Origin: Candidatus Kryptoniota bacterium
GTDB taxonomy: Bacteria > Bacteroidota > Ignavibacteria > Kryptoniales > JAKASW01
DNA: 64,000 nucleotides
Assembly: GCA_049966155.1 (NCBI GenBank)
Contig: JBMFVE010000001.1
Location: forward strand, 654,916-718,915
Reading direction: 5' to 3'
Positions 59,629-64,000 of this stretch are shown piece by piece (the stretch's first letter is position 1; the number at the start of each line of letters is the position of its first letter). The notes under the pieces are model-generated. The model saw only the letters and a program-made list of their open reading frames with translations. It had not been told where the DNA came from and made no database searches. The position numbers were made by a program, and so were the translations under genes.

Positions 59629-62600
59629 ATGAGTCTTCCAAGTACGTCTGTCAGCAAACCAATAACCACAGCAATGGTCTTTATTGGAATAATCATCCTT
59701 GGAATCTTTTCGTTTACAAGGCTGGCTATAGACATTTTACCGAGTCTGGAGCCACCTGCCATAAGTGTTATTACAACATATCCTGGAGCCAGTTCAGAGG
59801 ATGTTGAACTAAAGGTTACAAAGCCAATTGAAGATCAGATAAGTACAGTAAGCAATGTTACCAAAGTAACTTCAAGTTCCAAAGATAATCTTTCAATCAT
59901 AACTGCAACTTTTTCATGGGGCACCAATTTAGATGAAGCTGCAAATAATATCAGAGATGTCCTTGACCGAGTGAAAAGAAATCTTCCTGCTGACGCTGAA
60001 CAACCTATGCTATTTAGATTCAGCGGTTCGAGTATTCCCGTTATGATGCTTGGTGTGAGTGCAAAGGAGGATTATCCTGCACTAAAGAAGATAATAACTG
60101 ACCAAATATCAGACCCACTCAGTCGACTTCCCGGCGTTGGAGCAGCGTTCATGATGGGTGGACCCGAGAGAAAATTTCTTGTGGAAGTTGATCCCTACAA
60201 ACTTCAGGGCTATGGAATGACAATCCCACAGCTGGCAAACGCAATAGCTGCTGAAAACGTTACGGTTCCAGCAGGACAGATAGAGCTTGGGAGAACTGAA
60301 CTGAGCGTCAGAGTTCCAGGAGAGTTTACTAGCGTTCAGGATTTAAAGAACATGGTGGTTGGAGTGTCTGGCGGTGCATATATTCATTTGTCCGATGTGG
60401 CCCATGTGGTTGATTCTCTGAGCAAACCGCAATCACTGGTTAATATTGACGATAATGTTGGTGCACTTGTTTTTGTGCAAAAACAATCCGGCGCTAACAC
60501 AGTAGAAGTAGCAAATGAAATTATGAAAGCGCTGCCTGAGATAAAGAGATCATTGCCGGGAGATGTCACCCTTAATGTGGTTTTCGATACCTCTGAATTT
60601 ATCCGAGAAACAATTAATGAGCTTGCAGTAGAAGTTTTACTGGGAGCTCTATTTGTAACACTTGTTGTCCTCGCTTTCCTGAGACAACTGAGGGGCAGTC
60701 TTATTGTAATTGCGACCATACCAATTTCTCTTGTTACCGCATTTGCGTACTTGTATTTCTCAGGCGGTACCATAAATATGATCTCACTCTCAAGCCTGGC
60801 AATAGCAGTTGGACTGGTCGTCGACGATGCAATCGTCATACTTGACAATATTTCTCGTCATATTGAAAATGGCGAAAAGCCGGGCACAGCCTCTATAGTA
60901 GCATCAAATGAAGTTGGACTTGCCGTCATGGCATCTACTTTGACAATCGTGGCTGTTTTTCTTCCACTTGCATTCTTAACGGGTATCGCCGGATTTTTTT
61001 TCAAGCAGTTAGGTGGACTGGTTACTGTGATGGTGCTTGTATCACTTATCGCTGCTTTGAGTTTCACACCGATGCTTTCCTCAAAATTTCTTATTTCTGA
61101 GCGCGAAAGATCTATAAAACAAATCTGGGTGAAGAAACTCTATGAGGCGAGCGAAAAGATGTTCGTAAATCTTGAAAGTATCTATGGAAAGAGCTTGCAG
61201 TGGGCATTGACCCACAAACTTGCTACAATTGGAGTCTCAGCTTTAGTTTTCATATCATCGATAGTGCTTTTTAGTTTCGTGGGTACGGAATTTATACCTT
61301 CTTTTGATACAGGCAGCGTTCAAATTACAGTTCAAATGCCTGTCGGCACAACTGTCGATTCTACAGTTGCTGTAGCAATGCGAGCAGAAAAGATACTGAA
61401 AGAGGAAATTCCGCCGCAATACCGTGAATTTATATTCTATCGGGCAGGACAGAGCAGCTCTGGTATGTCCAGCGTTACAGGGCAAAAAGAGGGGCCAAAC
61501 ATAGCTATAATTAGCGCCAGACTTGTTCCATACAGTCAGCGAATTGGAAAAACGTCAACGTACTTCGCAAAGAAAATAAGGCCACGTCTGGCAAGAATTC
61601 CAGGTATTGTCAGCTATGAGGTAGGCTCAGGATACGACATAGGCTCGGTCTTGCTCGGCGGTTCAAAACCCCTGCAAATAAATGTAAGCGGTGATGACCA
61701 GCAAAAATCACTTCGTGTTGCAAAACAAATCCTCAGCATTGTATCAAGTACACCCGGAGCTGCCGATGCTTCAGTAAGCTGGGGAGGTGAAACCCCTGAA
61801 CTTCGCATCGTTCCAGACAAGGATAAGATGAGTTCTCTCGGACTCAATTCAGCTATTGTTGGTGCCACTGTCCGCGCAAGCATTTACGGGATAAAAGCCA
61901 GCATCTTCAGAGAAGTAGGCGACGAATATGACATTTTTATTCAACCCCCTTACAACGAGAAGAATAGTGTCGATTACATCGCTAATTTGCCTGTCAAATC
62001 CATGAGTGGGCAGATTATTCCGTTATCTAATTTTGCCAGAATTGAATCCGGACTGGCCCCAATTGAAATACAACACGAGAATAAACAACGTGTTATTTAT
62101 GTCTCATCAAATGTGGAGGGAAGGGCACTGGGCGATGTGGTCAATGAAGTTAAAGCAAAAATTGCCAGCAGTGTCCCAATTCCTCCCGGCATCCAAATTC
62201 AGTATGGTGGACAGGTCAGGGAGCAGCAGAGATCGTTCCAGGACCTTCTGGTTGATTTGATCCTCAGCATAATTTTGGTTTATATGGTAATGGCATCTCA
62301 ATTTGAATCTCTGCTTGATCCTTTCGTAATTATGTTTTCAGTCCCTTTTGCATTTACCGGCGTAGCATGGGCACTGTGGATCACAAAAACTCCACTTGGC
62401 CTTACGGCTTTTATCGGGCTCATTCTACTGGTCGGAATAGTCGTAAAGAACGCAATCGTCTTGATCGACTATATCAACATTTTAAGGGCAAGGAATTATT
62501 CTCTTAAAGACGCAATTGTTCAAGGCGGGAAGAATAGGCTTCGACCCGTACTGATGACGGCCTTTGCAATGATACTTGGTAATGTACCGATGGCACTGAG

Positions 62601-62754
62601 CACTGCTGTCAGTGCGGCTTTCTGGAAACCGTTAGGGATAACTGTTGTAGGAGGTTTGCTGGTTTCATCTCTGGTGACCCTCATTTTGGTGCCGGTAGTT
62701 TATAGTTTATTTGAAACGCGACTAAAAATCAGATTTAACCAAAACCATTTATAA
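59629..62754 (+). CDS. RND efflux permease (AcrB/HAE-type, 12 TM)
   Basis: 1041 aa with two large periplasmic loops and conserved TM4-type block GLVVDDAIVILDNI. Confidence 0.95.
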   Translation: MSLPSTSVSKPITTAMVFIGIIILGIFSFTRLAIDILPSLEPPAISVITTYPGASSEDVELKVTKPIEDQISTVSNVTKVTSSSKDNLSIITATFSWGTNLDEAANNIRDVLDRVKRNLPADAEQPMLFRFSGSSIPVMMLGVSAKEDYPALKKIITDQISDPLSRLPGVGAAFMMGGPERKFLVEVDPYKLQGYGMTIPQLANAIAAENVTVPAGQIELGRTELSVRVPGEFTSVQDLKNMVVGVSGGAYIHLSDVAHVVDSLSKPQSLVNIDDNVGALVFVQKQSGANTVEVANEIMKALPEIKRSLPGDVTLNVVFDTSEFIRETINELAVEVLLGALFVTLVVLAFLRQLRGSLIVIATIPISLVTAFAYLYFSGGTINMISLSSLAIAVGLVVDDAIVILDNISRHIENGEKPGTASIVASNEVGLAVMASTLTIVAVFLPLAFLTGIAGFFFKQLGGLVTVMVLVSLIAALSFTPMLSSKFLISERERSIKQIWVKKLYEASEKMFVNLESIYGKSLQWALTHKLATIGVSALVFISSIVLFSFVGTEFIPSFDTGSVQITVQMPVGTTVDSTVAVAMRAEKILKEEIPPQYREFIFYRAGQSSSGMSSVTGQKEGPNIAIISARLVPYSQRIGKTSTYFAKKIRPRLARIPGIVSYEVGSGYDIGSVLLGGSKPLQINVSGDDQQKSLRVAKQILSIVSSTPGAADASVSWGGETPELRIVPDKDKMSSLGLNSAIVGATVRASIYGIKASIFREVGDEYDIFIQPPYNEKNSVDYIANLPVKSMSGQIIPLSNFARIESGLAPIEIQHENKQRVIYVSSNVEGRALGDVVNEVKAKIASSVPIPPGIQIQYGGQVREQQRSFQDLLVDLILSIILVYMVMASQFESLLDPFVIMFSVPFAFTGVAWALWITKTPLGLTAFIGLILLVGIVVKNAIVLIDYINILRARNYSLKDAIVQGGKNRLRPVLMTAFAMILGNVPMALSTAVSAAFWKPLGITVVGGLLVSSLVTLILVPVVYSLFETRLKIRFNQNHL

Positions 62755-62772
62755 GTATAAGGAGCCTATCTG

Positions 62773-63108
62773 ATGGCGAAAAATCTTTCTAAGGGAACGC
62801 TCCCTGAACATCCGTTGAAAATGGTGATATTATCAGTTGACGAGGGACTTATAGATTATGTAGAAGAGGCTTTCGCAAAGTTGGAGATCAGGGGCTACAC
62901 GCGAATCGACAATTCAAAGGGACAGGGAAGTGTTGAAGGTGAACCTCACCTGGGAACACATATCTGGCCTGGACTTAATTTCCTCTTTATTATCGTTACG
63001 AACGCTGCCAAAGCCTCTCAACTAATGGATGAAATTCGAACTATAGATCAACGTGAAGGTAAACCGGGAATCAGGGCGTTTTTATTGAATGTTGAGGACA
63101 TGACATAA
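62773..63108 (+). CDS. Small P-II-like protein associated with the RND pump (possibly the PG0541-type transporter-associated family)
   Basis: 111 aa. The beta-alpha-beta pattern aligns by eye with P-II proteins (KMVILSVDEGLIDYVEEAFAKLEIRGYTRIDNSKGQG...FIIVTN...GIRAFLLNVE). Confidence 0.45.
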   Translation: MAKNLSKGTLPEHPLKMVILSVDEGLIDYVEEAFAKLEIRGYTRIDNSKGQGSVEGEPHLGTHIWPGLNFLFIIVTNAAKASQLMDEIRTIDQREGKPGIRAFLLNVEDMT

Positions 63109-63136
63109 CAAAGATATTTATATACTGTTAATTTTG

Positions 63137-64000
63137 TCATGTTTCAACTGCAGAAATCTTTTTTCCCTTTGTTTCAGGAAAAACCCATATCCACAGCCCT
63201 GTTAAAAAAGCAAAAAGGGCAGCAAGAGCTATCCCACTTGAAAGGCTATAAACCTGAGCCATCACCGCTATTATAACTGGTGTAAAAAACTGGATACCAC
63301 GCGCAAGATTAAATGCAGTCCCCATTGCTGTATTCCTGATGCTCGTTGGAAAGATTTCAGCACATAGCGGTCCAAACCCACTAAAAACACCTGTGCCAAA
63401 TCCCACCAGAAACATGAAGCTCAATACAACGGGCGGATAACCGACGATTTTATCCCAGAGAATGGTGATCATCAATAAACCAACAGCCCATAGAATAGAA
63501 TAAATCGTAAATGCAGGCCGACGCCCAATAACATCAGCAACCAACCCAAATGTAGCATAACCAATAAGCCCCCCACCCTGAGTAACAACCATCCATAGCG
63601 CGGATCGTGCCATTGTGAAATTTCTCTGCTCATGTAAGTAACCCGGCAGCCATGAATAAGTAAACCAGTACGCCGACATCAAAAAAATGGCGAGTATGAG
63701 CGATTTGATGAATAGGTTCAAATAATCCTTTGAAAATAGGCGAGCAATTTTTGACGACCCCTCCATCAGTATAGTATTTGGCTGCAACACTCCGGCACCG
63801 GCAATTCTTTTATGCTCTAACCAAACATCAGATTCCGGCAGATGACGTCGCACAAACACAACAAGAAAGGCTGGAGCAACTGATATGAAGAAACAGAGGC
63901 GCCATCCGATTATAGGTTCAATAAACCCTCCAATTAAAGATGCTATCAATATCCCAAATGGCGCACCTGTCTGCATAAACGCGGCATATCTCCCCCTTAC
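63137..64000 (-). CDS. MFS transporter, partial (N-terminus beyond the window edge)
   Basis: Six or more TM segments and the DVIGRRPAF motif. The frame stays open upstream of the track's Met (VRGRYAAF-MQTG) to position 64000. Confidence 0.8.
   Translation of the reverse strand, partial: VRGRYAAFMQTGAPFGILIASLIGGFIEPIIGWRLCFFISVAPAFLVVFVRRHLPESDVWLEHKRIAGAGVLQPNTILMEGSSKIARLFSKDYLNLFIKSLILAIFLMSAYWFTYSWLPGYLHEQRNFTMARSALWMVVTQGGGLIGYATFGLVADVIGRRPAFTIYSILWAVGLLMITILWDKIVGYPPVVLSFMFLVGFGTGVFSGFGPLCAEIFPTSIRNTAMGTAFNLARGIQFFTPVIIAVMAQVYSLSSGIALAALFAFLTGLWIWVFPETKGKKISAVET

Overview
The window is 64 kb of compact, moderately AT-rich bacterial chromosome using the standard genetic code; TGA is a working stop, for example at rnhB and serA. 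I infer an FCB-group organism (Ignavibacteria/Bacteroidota-like) from a T9SS C-terminal sorting domain, DUF4835/PorQ-like genes and an ECF sigma/FecR/STN-TonB receptor module. Most of the window is housekeeping. This includes NfeD-stomatin, rnhB-yraN, serA plus a class V aminotransferase, and a long minus-strand operon running DivIVA-PNP-DUF2905-ileS-dksA-like-lspA-rluD. It also includes hsp20-orf-lon, relA/spoT-ruvX-mtgA, sufBCD-sufT-rrf2, prmC-dtd, nadK, an aminotransferase/aldolase cluster, and a TetR-MFP-RND operon. There are three tRNAs: Pro-CGG, Gln-CTG and Glu-CTC. I found no cas genes, integrases, transposases, toxin-antitoxin pairs or recognisable defence genes, so I cannot claim a clearly novel system. 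The best leads are: (1) a nine-haem cytochrome c with a T9SS sorting tail, preceded by a perfect 30-bp direct repeat pair; (2) an ECF sigma/FecR/TonB-receptor module with three independent lesions (one in-frame TGA, two frameshifts), upstream of an intact secreted GH65+GH37 trehalase-type operon; (3) a left-edge cluster of three envelope genes (DUF4835, PorQ/PorV-like barrel, HhH-barrel protein). The last gene of that cluster is missing from the supplied ORF track because it runs off the window edge. All functional calls come from motif recognition by eye; no searches were run.
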